Below, in pieces: positions 40,820 to 52,939 of a stretch of DNA of 64,000 bases. The DNA is taken from the NCBI RefSeq assembly GCF_006345805.1, contig NC_043004.1:104966001-105030000 (forward strand). The letters are read 5' to 3'. Both the position numbers and the translations under genes were made by a program. Source of the stretch: Octopus sinensis (taxonomy: Eukaryota). The notes below the pieces were generated by a model. It had not been told where the DNA came from, did not search any database, and worked only from the letters and a program-made list of their open reading frames with translations. Positions within the stretch are counted from its first letter, which is position 1. Every line of letters starts with the position of its first letter.

Positions 40820-40986
40820 CGTAACTTTCACAAATTAATTCTTTGTATTTGCGACCAGCATTGGAGATACTCTGTAAGCAGATTACGGCATTGGTTTTGT
40901 GATTATTTGACAGTTGGGATAAGCGGAGGATTGCAATCAAAGTGAAAATTCCACCAATTTCAATGAATTCAGTCATAAACAGATGC
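40820..40986 (-). CDS. ARMH1: ARMH1 exon 3 (167 nt)
   Basis: cag|G...G|gtgagt. Encodes HLFMTEFIEIGGIFTL...AGRKYKELICESY(G), matching the ARMH1 motif YKELICESYG. Confidence 0.88.
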
Positions 40987-42360
40987 CTGCAACAATAATC
41001 ATAGTAATAATGATAATTCTTAATATAGCCACAAGACCAGAAATGTGAAACAAATGGGGTTAATTGGTTAAATTGATCCTGGAAGAATGGTAGTTGGCAC
41101 TTGTACTCAGAACATAAGAAGCAATACTACAATGCATTTTGATCTCAGCTGAACTGGGGAGGGGGGGGGGTTAAACAATGAAATCATCATCATCATCAAC
41201 AACATCATCATCACCATCAAGTGAGTCTCTACATGGTCACCCAACTCAAAAAATACATCTGCATAGGAAAACAGGTAACTATTGCACCAATGTCTGAATC
41301 AACTCATGACATTATGTATAAACATACATAGGTGCAGGAGTGGTTGTGTGGTAAGTAGCTGGCTTACCAACCACATGGTTCCGGGTTCAGTCCCACTGCA
41401 TGGCATCTTGGACAAGTGTCTTCTACTATAGCCTCGGGCCGACTAAAGCCTTGTGAGTGGATTTGGTAGACAGAAACTGAAAGAAGCCCGTCGTATATAT
41501 GTATATATATATATATATATTTGTGTCTATGTTTGTCCTCCCCAACATCACTTGACAACCGATGCTGATGTGTTTACGTCCCCGTAACTTAGCGGTTCAG
41601 CAAAAGACACCGACAGAATAAGTACTAGGCTTACAAAGAATAAGTCCTGGGGTGGATTTACTCGACTAAAGGTGGTGCTCCAGCATGGCCGCAGTCAAAT
41701 GACTGAAACAAGTAAAAGAGTAAAAGAGTAATACATAAAAATGCAAACATACAACAGTACACACATAAACACATTCACTCAACCTTACACACAAATGCAC
41801 ACACACACACACACATTCACACATACATACACACAAACATATTTTACTGATTCCACCAATCCCTGCCATAACACACAATAGTGATAATTTCTAATTTATG
41901 CACAAGGCCAGAAATTAAGCAGGAAGGAGCTTGATTGCAGAACGGATTGGTGTTGAGAGGGAAGGAGACAACTGAAGACACTACTTCTCTCTTTCAAGAA
42001 AGTTCTTATACTTGCATACACAGTACACACAAATATGATACACACTGACATGCAATCATATATATATATATATATATACACACACGAATGTATATATATT
42101 GTGTATGTGTGTTTTCCATTTGTTTCCATTTATACATATATATATCTAAACATACATACATACATACATATATACATATAAAAATACCCTTTTGTTGATG
42201 TTGAAATTCCAATGAGGGAGCCTTGAATCTAGGTTAGAAACCAGTTCTTTCACTATTGTCAAGAAATCTTGAAATAAACTGAATAATGACAAACATAAAA
42301 ACAGAAATTAGTGATATGTCAGCATTTAATGTAGTTGTAAACAACAAACATGCTTCTTAC

Positions 42361-42429
42361 CCACAGGAGGCTGATAAAAATATATTGATACTTTCCAGCT
42401 GTTCTGTGAGTGCTGTCCCAAACAAATAT
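42361..42429 (-). CDS. ARMH1: ARMH1 exon 2 (69 nt)
   Basis: ttcag|A...GG|gtaaga, phase 2 to 2. Encodes YLFGTALTEQLESINIFLSASC(G) and joins exons 1 and 3 in frame. Confidence 0.85.
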
Positions 42430-43268
42430 CTGAAGGGGAATTAAGGAACTTCAATGTCATACATATGATGGCTATAAATGTTATATGATAAGCAACAAGA
42501 CATATCTGAGTATATTGTGTATGAGTGAAGGTGTGTGTGTGTGTGTGCGCGTGCATGCGTTGTGTTTACTTGTTTCAGTCACTGGACTGTAGCCGTACTG
42601 GGGCACTGCCTTGAAGGATTTTAATTCAATGAACCAACTCCAGTGCCTATCATATTTTTGTTTTCCCCCTTAAGCTTCGTACTTATTCTATCAATCCCTT
42701 TAGCCCCACTGCTAAGCAAACCAACAGTTGTTGTTAAACAGTGGTAGGGAACAAGTGCAGTCATCGTCGAGGTTTTGGCAGATAAAAACAGGTGCATGAT
42801 GCTTGGTTCCAAGCAACTATACGTGGCTTTCCAGCAGCACTTCACCTGACTTTTCAGGGCAGACAACGGATGAGAGATGACAGTGGAGTTTAGTTCTTAA
42901 CTCAATAGGTTGCCGTGGGAAATGTGCAGTCCTGTGAAAAGCAAGTAACAATTGTTGAAATGATGTGACCTATCTACTCTAAGTCTGCTTCAGATGATGT
43001 CACAAATAGTGGCAAAAAGTGCTTGAGTAAACCAAACTGATTGATTAATTAATCAAGCAATTAATTAGTTGATTAAATAGACAAATAATTAAGAAAGAAG
43101 TGAATAAAAATCAGTGTGTGAATTTATTATTAGCATAATGACCCTCCCAAGATATAACAAAATATATTTCAAGACATGAGTTCACATCAAAAATCTTGCA
43201 AGCCAAATACACACAGACACACTATAAGTATACCTAAATAAACATATCCATACATGTGTATACACGTG

Positions 43269-43302
<34 letters not shown>

Positions 43303-44068
43303 GGTGTGTGTGTGTGCATGCACACGCACATATATATTTATATATATATATATCGTCAGTAGTCCATATTTCAGAAAAAGAAGCATGCTCTAAAGCATTA
43401 GAGCAGTAATATATTTTTTAGGAAGTATATATCCATTAAGCCATCAATTAATTTGGATGATAAAAATATATATACTAAGAGAGAAGCAAGTCTGAAAACA
43501 ATTGAGTGTGATTAACTGATGAGGCAACGGAAATTGCTGAAACTGACATCAGTATTAAGAATTCTCAATCAGCAATTTTCAGACGATTCAGGTTCCTGTT
43601 AGAGCATATGTTTACATTCATGTACGTTAACAACAGCATTAGAGTATTTTAGCTATTATTTCTAGCAATGTAGGTGTTTCTTAACACCCTAGTCACATTT
43701 AGTGACAATTATAATTCTTGATTTTGGTGAAACATTGCACCCTGCTGTGTGTGGAGTAGATAAGATCCAGGCTACATATGTTTCATAGTGAGTGGAACCT
43801 TGGAAGTGGTAAATATCCAAGTGAGGTGTATACTGCAAGCTACGCTTCAAGCCAAGGATATCTTGATTAAATGAAAGTTTACATTATTCCCCTACCACGA
43901 AATATAGAAAGAACTTTTTTCAATTTAAGGAAAAAAAGAATCCACAACCTTCCATTTCAATATACCACAATTGTCCCTGGAAGTTGTTTTTTATATTTAC
44001 TAAATTGCTTAAAGCTAATTTTCTTCCTTCACTTTCATCCTTGGATTTTATATTTATCTGTATATATA

Positions 44069-44445
44069 TTGGGTCATCCCATAAATAATGTGGTTTTTTT
44101 CAATTGCCTGGACTAAAAGTCAGAGGGGGATGGATGAACTACCTGCAACAACTTGCTATAAAAGCAGGTAATACCTTGTTCATATATTCCTAGTGTGAGT
44201 TTTGAAGAGTGCAGTTCGATTTTAACAGTTATTTTTTCAAAGCTATAATGAAAGTGACAAAGGAGCATATTTGGCATATTTTGCTTCATGAGTTCAATAA
44301 AAGTCACAATGCAATGGAAAGTACAAGGAATATTAATGCAGTATATGGAGATCGGACAATAAGCATAAGCCAGAGTCAATGGTGGTTCTAGAAATTCCGA
44401 TCCAGAAACTACAGCCGAGAAAACGAGCCTCATCCTGATAGATCC
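44069..44445 (+). mobile_element. mariner 5' fragment (TIR plus HTH)
   Basis: TA|TTGGGTCATCCCATAAAT terminus; KEHIWHILLHEFNKSHNAMESTRNINAVYG..QWWF resembles the mariner N-terminus. Confidence 0.75.
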
Positions 44446-45054
44446 GTAAGTATAAATTAAGTACCAGTTGCGTACTGGGGTCGATCTAATCGACTGGCCC
44501 CTCCCACCAAAATTCGGGCCTTGTGCCTAGAGTAGAAAAGAATATTTAGATTCAAGCTATACTACTCAAATCCCTGAAATAAGGGACATAACTTCTAACA
44601 AGTTCTAACAGAAGTTATCCCCCTTTGATAAAGTCTTCCTTCTCTATAGGAGTACTTTTATGTAAATGATCTTTATCATAAGAGCTTTCCTTTTTTTTCT
44701 TCCCCAATGAGATGACATTAAGTACACGAGGACGTTTAACCTTTAAGAGTACAGTCTTCACGCATCGGTGGAAACCATTCACCAAATGCTCTGGGTTTTA
44801 TTCGATATATTTACTAAACTTAGAACCCCAAGCGATGTAGCAGACTTTACTTCTAGGCTTCCATCAAATGGTATTTCTTGGGTAAAAATACGAGTTATTG
44901 GACAACCTGGTCAAAGGTCATTAAGAGAAATCTCTTGATGGCCTTTTACTAAGTTTGTGGGAAAACTCTAAGGGCCAGCTCACCTTCTGAAGATCAACTT
45001 CAGGGTGGAGTCTGACCTAAATCGAGCGTGATTGCGTGCCTGCGGGTGCGTTTG

Positions 45055-45503
45055 TGTATGTGTGTGTGTGTGTGTTCGTATGTTAGTGTGTTCATGTGTG
45101 TGTGTGCATGTGTGTTTGTGTGTGTGTGTTCGTATGTTAGTGTGTCCATGTGTGTGTTTGTGCGTGTGTGTTCGTATGTTAGTGTGTTCATGTGTGTGTT
45201 TGTGTGTGTATGTATGTGTGTGTGTGTTCGTATGTTAGTGTCTTCATGTGTGTATGTGTGTGTTTGTGCGTGTGTGTGTGTTCGTATGTTAGTGTGTTCA
45301 TGTGTGTGTTTGTGTGTGTGTGTTCGTATGTTAGTGTGTCCATGTGTGTGTTTGTGCGTGTGTGTTCGTATGTTAGTGTGTTCATGTGTGTGTGTGTGTG
45401 CATGTGTGTTTGTGTGTGTGTGTTCGTATGTTAGTGTGTCCATGTGTGTGTTTGTGCGTGTGTGTTCGTATGTTAGTGTGTTCATGTGTGTGTGTGTGTG
45501 TTC

Positions 45504-45537
<34 letters not shown>

Positions 45538-45590
45538 ATGTTAGTGTGTTCATGTGTTTGTGTGTGTGCGTGTGCGTGCGTATACGTACC
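45055..45590. repeat. Minisatellite, gtgttcgtatgttagtgtgt(t/c)catgt core separated by (TG)n
   Basis: About a dozen repeats with variable TG spacers. Confidence 0.9.
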
Positions 45591-46164
45591 ATATACACAC
45601 CTGATTGTGCACATGCATCATACACAGTTTATTCGGGATAAAATTTTTGGAAAGTTTTTCCTAAGATCTCCTGGACCTACCTGCACGAGCGTGTCCCCAC
45701 ATCGTCATGACTTTCCAAAGCATGGATAGATTTTAATGGAATTTTCTACATGGCGTAGATTCGGACTATGTCGGAATTTGCTGTGAAACTTTTTACGGAA
45801 GTTGGGTGAGAAGTTTTGGATAATTCACACGAATCGATTTTGTATTCTCATAACTTTCAAAAACTATGGGAGGCGTGCGTGCGTGTGTCTGATTGATATA
45901 TGCACACGCGATTATGTACATATAGTACACAGATTTTACTCTGGGGAAATTCAAACGAAGGATTTAGGGAATGTTTTACAAGTAATCTTTCGAAAGATTG
46001 CCGTTTTACAAATATTTAATAATAATAATGAAATTATCGCATACAGTGCTCAGGTGCACAACAACTTGTCAAAAGTGCATATAAAGCATATGCAGTAATG
46101 TACGAATGCCTGCAAAGCGAACAGTGTACGAGTCAGATACATGCTTGCGGGTGTATGGAGGGGA

Positions 46165-46290
46165 GAAGATCAGGTGTAGTGTTGGCGAATCTCAGGAAGC
46201 ATGGAAGTTTTGAAGGATGCAGTGCTCCGACAACTAACAACTGATGCCGGCAGTTTGTTCCATACTTCAGCAACTCTTAGCGTGAAAAAA
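46165..46290 (-). mobile_element. CR1-group LINE 3' tip in intron 1
   Basis: FFTLRVAEVWNKLPASVVSCRSTASFK motif. Confidence 0.65.
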
Positions 46291-46499
46291 ATTACTGTGA
46301 CATTTAGTCTAATGGATTTGGAAAACGAGGGTTTGCATTTGCTTTGCTCTTTCTTAGAAAACTGCACGATGTCGAGGTTTGTGTGTCTGTGTGCTTAACA
46401 TACGAGTATAGGTATGTGCATTGCGCGCCTATGTTTGAACTGGTGCTGTGCATGTGTGGGATATATCGTTGGAAAAAGCTATCAATCATTAAAGGATAC

Positions 46500-46705
46500 G
46501 AAAGACGGAGCCATGCACTGATACGAGCCAACATCAAACTGGCCCCTTCAGCAAACTGCATTTCCAGTTCAGGTCCAGTTTTGTTTTTGTTTTGTTGGAT
46601 AAAACAAGTAAGGATTTTCTTCCGTGTAGCTTCGTCTCCCTTGTCCCACTCTTTGAACAAATCAAACACCCTGTTGATCTGGGCTTCTTCCTTAGCTGGT
46701 CTCAT
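46500..46705 (-). CDS. ARMH1: ARMH1 (armadillo-like helical domain-containing 1) coding exon 1
   Basis: MRPAKEEAQINRVFDLFKEWDKGDEATRKKIL...GPELEMQFAEGASLMLARISAWLRL(S) closely resembles the recalled N-terminus of vertebrate ARMH1/C1orf228. Ends in phase 2 at TC|GTATCCTTT. Confidence 0.85.
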
Positions 46706-46794
46706 AGCGTGTCACTGTGGTTGTTAGTAGCCTTCCATGTTAGCTTTACTCGAGAGAGAGAGAGAGAGTTGCACTGCTACAGTTACTTTGAACA

Positions 46795-46807
46795 GTTGCT
46801 AGGCAAC
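46795..46807. promoter_or_regulatory. RFX X-box GTTGCTAGGCAAC upstream of ARMH1
   Basis: Palindromic X-box 90 bp upstream of the ATG, extended to a 9-bp inverted repeat (aacagttgc-tag-gcaactgtt). Confidence 0.7.
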
Positions 46808-47734
46808 TGTTGTCAATATACAAATATCTGTGCGACCGATTAGGGCCAGCTTGAAACGTCTCTATTTGTTTTCTGATTTCCCCTGACTTAAACACAGTCA
46901 GTTGATTTAATAACCAGATAATTAATGCGTCGCCACTCTTCGATATGCAGAATATGAATTTTAGTATCAAAGTTATTACGATCATACCTTGGTAATCCTA
47001 ACCCTATTTGTCTTTCATACACAAGTAAAACAAGGAAGAATTCCAATTTACATAAACCTCACACGCACACACACACACACACACACATGTAAGTGAGTTC
47101 TGATTCTTCGAATCCATATTACTGTTATATAGACACGTAAGGCGGAGAGCTGGCAGAATCGTTAGTTCACCAGACAAAATGCTTTTGTCCGTCTCTACAT
47201 TCTGAATTCAAATTCCGCCGAAGTCGACTTTGCCTTTCCGGATCGATAAATTAAGTACTGGGGTCGATGTAATCGACTTACCCACTTCCCTGAAAGTGCT
47301 GGCTTTGGGCCAAAATTTGAAGCTGTTTTATAAATATGTGTGCGTATTCTTTTGCCTTTTTATGTAGAAGAATAAGAATTATTGACAGTGTTCTTTGAGG
47401 AAAAATTTAATAAAACATTAAATGGTTAAAATTACAATGTATAAAAACATTTTTAAAAACGTTTTTTTTTTTTTCTGATTTCGTTTCCGGGTAATAATAT
47501 CAACGTTAACCAAATAATGGGGTAATAATGGAGTAACCAAAATGGGGCAATGGGTGTAAAGAAAAAACAAACAAACAAAATAAAGGATTAATTAGGTTAA
47601 GTTTTATTTGTGAAATACTGTTTTGAATTTGCCGCAGAAAATGGTCTGTATGTGATGGGGGCACTAGGAATGTGGCCTTAGAACCAAGGGGGCAGCAGCC
47701 TGAAAAAGTCTGGAACCACTACTCTAGAGTTATA

Positions 47735-47986
47735 AATAAATAAATAAATGTGCCCTTTTAAAGCTTAGCCAGGCTCATGGGCCCGGTTTCCATGGCATGT
47801 GTTCCCCAGCTGGACGGGACGCCAGTCCATCGCAGTGTTACTCATTTTTGCCATTTGAGTGGACTGGAGCAACGTGAAATGAAGTGTTTTGCTCAAAAAC
47901 ACAACGCATTGCCTGATCCAGGAATCGAAACCACAATCTTACGATCATGATGCTGACACCCTAACCACTAGGCCACACGCCTCCAC
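47735..47986 (-). mobile_element. SINE family 3 (V-domain-like), full length with TSD
   Basis: 14-bp TSD actctagagttata (47721 and 47987), (TTTA)n tail and tRNA-like head. A related copy at 6641-6869(+) has near-identical flanking repeats. Confidence 0.82.
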
Positions 47987-49279
47987 ACTCTAGAGTTATA
48001 GTTGCTATAATTTTACTGTTGTACTGGTCTCACTTCACAGATGTGGTTTACCTAGAAAACAAATGATTTCTGATGGTTTTCATGGTCAGATTCATTCAAA
48101 AACCTATCAGAAAACCAACACAAATTGAATAAACAAGTTTTATATTGAAGGAAAGATTTTAGAAACATAAAAACCAAACTGAACAATATTTACAAAATCT
48201 CATTTTTGAAATTAAGAGATAATCAAAAAAAAAACTAACGAATCAAATCACTCTGCTTTCTTTGTAATTTTTTCCTCTAGTGAAAATGTCACAAAATTAA
48301 ACTGCTGTCAATGGTCAGCATTCCTGGTTGTTAAGGGAGCAATTCAGAATAGAAAAGCAGATTCTGACATTGAAAAGATTCTCAACACTAAAACTATTTA
48401 TGAACCTTGGGGGTTGGGAAAATGTTTTGTGTGGTAAGAAGTTTGCTTCTCGACTACATGGTTCTGAGTTCAGTCCCACTGTGTGGCACTTCGAAAACAT
48501 GTCTTCTACTACAGCCTTGGCTGACCGAAGCCTTATGAGTGGACATGATTGATGGAAACTGATAGAAGCCTATCATATGTATGAAAGCATGCATGCATTT
48601 ATGGGTGTATGTGTGAGTGTGCGTGTGTGTGAGTGTGTGTGTGCATATCTATGTTTCTGTCTTTGTCCTCCACCACCTCTTGACAACCGATGTTGGTGTG
48701 TTTTCATCAATAGAGACCAATAAAATAAGTACCAGGCTTTAAAAATAGAAGTTGAAAATGCACTGAGAATAGATAAAATAATTTTTATATTTAGAGTTTT
48801 AACTGGTTTCACAGTTTACACTAATTTTCAAAAAGTTCAAATAGAAGGATGTGGCTTATATTTGAAGCTTGCCCAATTTTTATGGAGAATCCATGGCTCA
48901 AATTAGTATCTGCTTTCAATAGGATTTGATTGGCTGAGGATAGTTATATGAGTGGTTTTAGAAATTCTTATTGGTTCCCTGCTACATCCGTGTGTTAGTA
49001 TCAAGTGACAATGTTTGTCTTCATAAATTAAGGCTGACACGGTTGGCTGAACATGTCCAAACAATCAATGCTCTGAAAGTTTTCTGCCAAGTGTTGGAAG
49101 AGATTAAACACATGATTAAGTTTGTAACCTTTTGTATATTTCCTGCTCCATTCGTGTATCAGTGTCATGTGACAGAATATTTTGTGCCTAAAAAGAAGGC
49201 TGACATGGTTGAGTGAACATGTTTACTTATAATCAAGGCACTCCAACTTTAATTTGTCTGGTAGGAGAGTAGCTAAAGT

Positions 49280-50372
49280 TTAAGTTGTTAGCTGTGTAGC
49301 TTCCTCATGAAAAGTGACAGAATGAATATTTTGCGTGTAACTAGTTATTTGTGTATGTACTCTGTTAAAGTTTGTTAAGTCTTGGTTTGTATGAAAGTAT
49401 TTCTTTGTTTATTCGCACATCATCTGTGGTATTTACTGAACATAGAGTGGGAAGACCTGGAATTTGGGGGACTTATTTTTGCACATATGTCTATATGTTC
49501 ACTCAGTGGAATCTGTCTAGTATTGTGGGTCTCATATTTGTTGTTGGTGAATAGTCAGTCTGTTTCTTAGAGTAAGCTTTGTTTGATCTATGTAATCTTC
49601 ATTACATCCTTGACATTTGATAGCATATATTAAATTTCTTGAAGAACATGTAAAGTGATTTTTAACAGTAAAAGTCTGTCTTTGATGTTGGTATAGGAAT
49701 TGTGGAAGGTAATTTAGCACTTGATTGTCTTTTACTTTTGATTATTTTGTGTATTTCAAATGCTTATTTCATTCTTGGGTCTTGTAGTAGTGGGATGTTC
49801 TGGTGGATAATATTGTAAACCTCTGTGTTTCTTGGGCTGTGTATTGTAAAAAAAGGATAGAGTATTGGAGGTATTTGAAACTCTTTTCAATTCTGTCTGG
49901 AATTTCATGAGGGAATTTCTCAAGCCAGAAATTTATTGCCTCTAGTCCATATTGGTGTTGGATTGTGGTATAGAGGTTTACCACATCAAAACATACAATA
50001 GTGGTATCATTGTTTAAGAATTTGGGGAAGTGGTGTAACAGGTCCCTCACAAGACTTGGCATGTATTTTAAAATAGGTTTCAGTAATATATCTAAAAAAG
50101 TTACTGAGTCTGTGTGTTTCACAGTTTGGGCCTGCAATGATTGGTCTAAATTTAAGATCAGTGAGATATTGTATGCTTATGTAACTTGAAGTTGGTTCTT
50201 TACATGCATTCTTAATAGTTTGATTCTTATGGATTTTTGCAGGACTGTAGAAGTAGCTAGTCTTGCAATCAGAATGGATTAGGTAGTCACATTCTTTATT
50301 TGTTAAACCTTTTTGATGTCTGTGAATTAGTGTGTTCACTTTAGTCATTGTCTTTGACTTATGGTAATACAC
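49280..50372 (-). mobile_element. Degenerate Penelope-like element (RT fragments plus GIY-YIG endonuclease)
   Basis: FYSPAKIHK...FRPIIAGPNCETHRLS and FDVVNLYTTI (PLE RT); FTCSSRNLIYAIKCQGCNEDYIDQT..LRNRLTIH (Neptune-type GIY-YIG with CxxC). Confidence 0.85.
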
Positions 50373-52559
50373 CGAAAAATGGCGAAACAGCAGTCAAAAA
50401 ATCGTAACAAATAGGGATTTTCATAGAAAAAAAGCACCTTTTTGATTTTTTGATGTAAATAATTTTTGGTCTTAATATGGTCTGATTTGAATATTTTCTT
50501 CTATGGAATGAAGAACAAGCCTTCTTCTATCATACTCTCAATTTTGGTCAACTAGTGCCACAGGGCCTCAGAGGAGATAGTGTTAGTTGAAGGCTACCAA
50601 ACCTGCCACACACACACACAGACAACTTCAGCTTTATATATATAGATATGTATTTGTATGTGTGTGTCCCTCCAACATCACTTGACAACTGATGCTGGTG
50701 TGTTTACGTCCCTGTAACCTAGCAGTTCAGCAAAAAAGACCAATAGAATAAGTACTAGGCTTATAAAGAATAAATCCTGGAGTCCATTTGCTCGACTAAG
50801 GGCGGTGCTCCAGCATGGCCACAGTAAAAATAACTGAAACAAATACAAGGAAAATGAAAGTATTAACTTCTTAGGACACAGCACAGAATACCAAATGATC
50901 TACCTTTGTAAACAGGACGCTTTCCATGAGACTTTTCCATTCAATATGTTACAATACATTTATTATTTACTTATTTATCTTTGCATATTTTAAGTCACTT
51001 CTTTAAATTTCAGGGAAAATTACATATTAACAACAGTTTTACATATTTAAAAAAAAAACCTGAACCTTAATACCATCGGAATGTTACAACTGCAGCTGGA
51101 GGGATTAAAACATTAATTGCATGCAAATTTCCTCATATGACTCATATTCTTCATTCATTCACTATCCTTTGCCAATATCCCATTTTATTCTCATTTCAAC
51201 AAATTAAAAGATTGCTCTACTTTCTATATTATTTCTTTCATACAAGAATAATGTAGACTGCAACCAAAAGCAACAGAAGTTACCATTTCTGTACACATCA
51301 TCATTTCAACCATCTGCCACCATAGAATAAATATACTTCTTTCCTTTATCATTCATTTTCTCTTTTCTGTTTCAAAAATTACCATTTCTTTTAAAGTTCC
51401 ATAAAAATTAACCATTAACGACTTATAAACAGAATTCAAATTATAAGACACATTATTCAACAATATATTACGAAAAACTGAAAGAATTACAGAATCATGA
51501 ACCACAAATTTCATATTTTTGGAATGTCTTTGATAAGTATCATAAAAGCCATGACCACTCCATTTTTGTTTTAGATCATACCAAGGGTTACATTTTTCCA
51601 CAACTCTCTAAGGCAATAGGGCGTGATTTGGTTGCTATTTGTAACACATTCACAAACTGTGTAGAAGTACTGACTATCAAAAAAATATCTAAAATTAATG
51701 GGAATGCATAAAACATGTTGGAAACTCACTGATTGAGGACTGAAACATTGGTTTGCTGTGGTTTATGTTTCTGTTGATTAAGGGTGAAGATGTTATTTTG
51801 AAAGTAAATGAAATTAATTTAAATCCTTCAAATATGAAACAAAAGATATGCCATAGCATAATTTATCTTAAGCCTAATCAGTCTAGTATTGAATATATAT
51901 ATTATAGGAATATCTGCATAATACAATGATATCAAAGCAAAACAGTATCTTTAATATAGTGTATTCCCACTACATACATACATACATATATATGTATGTA
52001 TGTATACATGATGATGGCCATCCACTTGTGACCAAAGAAGACCATTGCTGACCTTTAGGAACATTGTGCACTCTAGGACTAACTTATATTTTGCATTTGT
52101 GGCTCTGTTGGTTACTAATGAGCCCTGCACTTGACAAGCATACACGACTGCAAACATTGCAACCCAAGCTTTCCTCATTCACTATGCAAGCAGTGCACTT
52201 TTGAGTAGCACGCTTTAATTCTTCATGCAGAATACGTGCTCTTTCAAAGGTGTCAACCCCTCCTTAACCTGCTCCCTCCATCTGTGGCGATGACAGGCAT
52301 TGCTCTCCCAGTCAGTCTCCTGCATATAACAGGCTGTTAATGAGGACTTGACACAGCTCTTAAATTGCAGTGAGTTGTGCTAAACTGACCAGATATAGAA
52401 AGACCGGGAATTTTTGGTTCACCTTTTCTAGAAACTCCCCAGCCTCTGGGTGAGCAATGCCCTCTCCAAATGGAGCTATTCAAACACCCATGCAACAACC
52501 AAATCCTATCACTGTCTTGGGCGACAAGGAGATGACTTTTTTTTTCTAGTTTCAGATGC

Positions 52560-52890
52560 ACCGCCGTTTTGTGCTACACTGTTATTACGAGGATCCTCGT
52601 CTAATATGTGGTACTTGGTGAAGAATGGAGTTTGATATAGCTACTCTCATTTGTACCTCTTGCCGTGAGGTAGGTTCATCTGGGACTCTCGACAGGAAGA
52701 TGTCCAGCTTTGATTTAAAAACCACTACATCTACTTTGTGCAAGTTCCTCAGACTCTTTGGGAGAATATTAAAAAGCTGTGGGCCCTTGAAACCCAGGCT
52801 GTTGCAGAAGCTGGTCCTGAAGCGTGATGGCATTGCTGGGATCTTTGGCACTATGCAGTGTCGCCCCGTTCTAGCATTGGTGTAGCTTAC
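52560..52890 (-). mobile_element. CR1-group LINE 3' fragment
   Basis: GPQLFNILPKSLRNL..VDVVVFKSKLDIFLSRVPDEP is a typical CR1-group ORF2 C-terminus. Confidence 0.7.
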
Positions 52891-52894
52891 AATG

Positions 52895-52937
<43 letters not shown>

Positions 52938-52939
<2 letters not shown>

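Larger units (their letters stand above)
42430..46499 (-). other. U12-type (minor spliceosome) GT-AG intron 1 of ARMH1
   Basis: 5' splice site GTATCCTTT (46499-46491). Branch site TTCCTTAAT (42448-42440) lies about 11 nt from the terminal CAG. Confidence 0.85.

Noticed and set aside
42621-42866. Minus-strand ORF as ARMH1 exon 2
   Set aside because: It has no matching splice phases and overlaps an old SINE tail; the exon at 42361-42429 fits instead.
45000-45729. 200+ aa Cys/Val- or His/Thr-rich ORFs, and similar YI/CV-repeat ORFs elsewhere
   Set aside because: They are translations of mini- and microsatellites.
46304-46499. C-terminal part of the 133-aa ORF (YPLMIDSFF...)
   Set aside because: It is read-through into the U12 intron; ARMH1 similarity stops at the GTATCCTTT donor.
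51353-51601. Possible exon of an additional gene between ARMH1 and TMEM53
   Set aside because: I recognised no motif or convincing splice pair; it is left unassigned and would need a BLASTX search.
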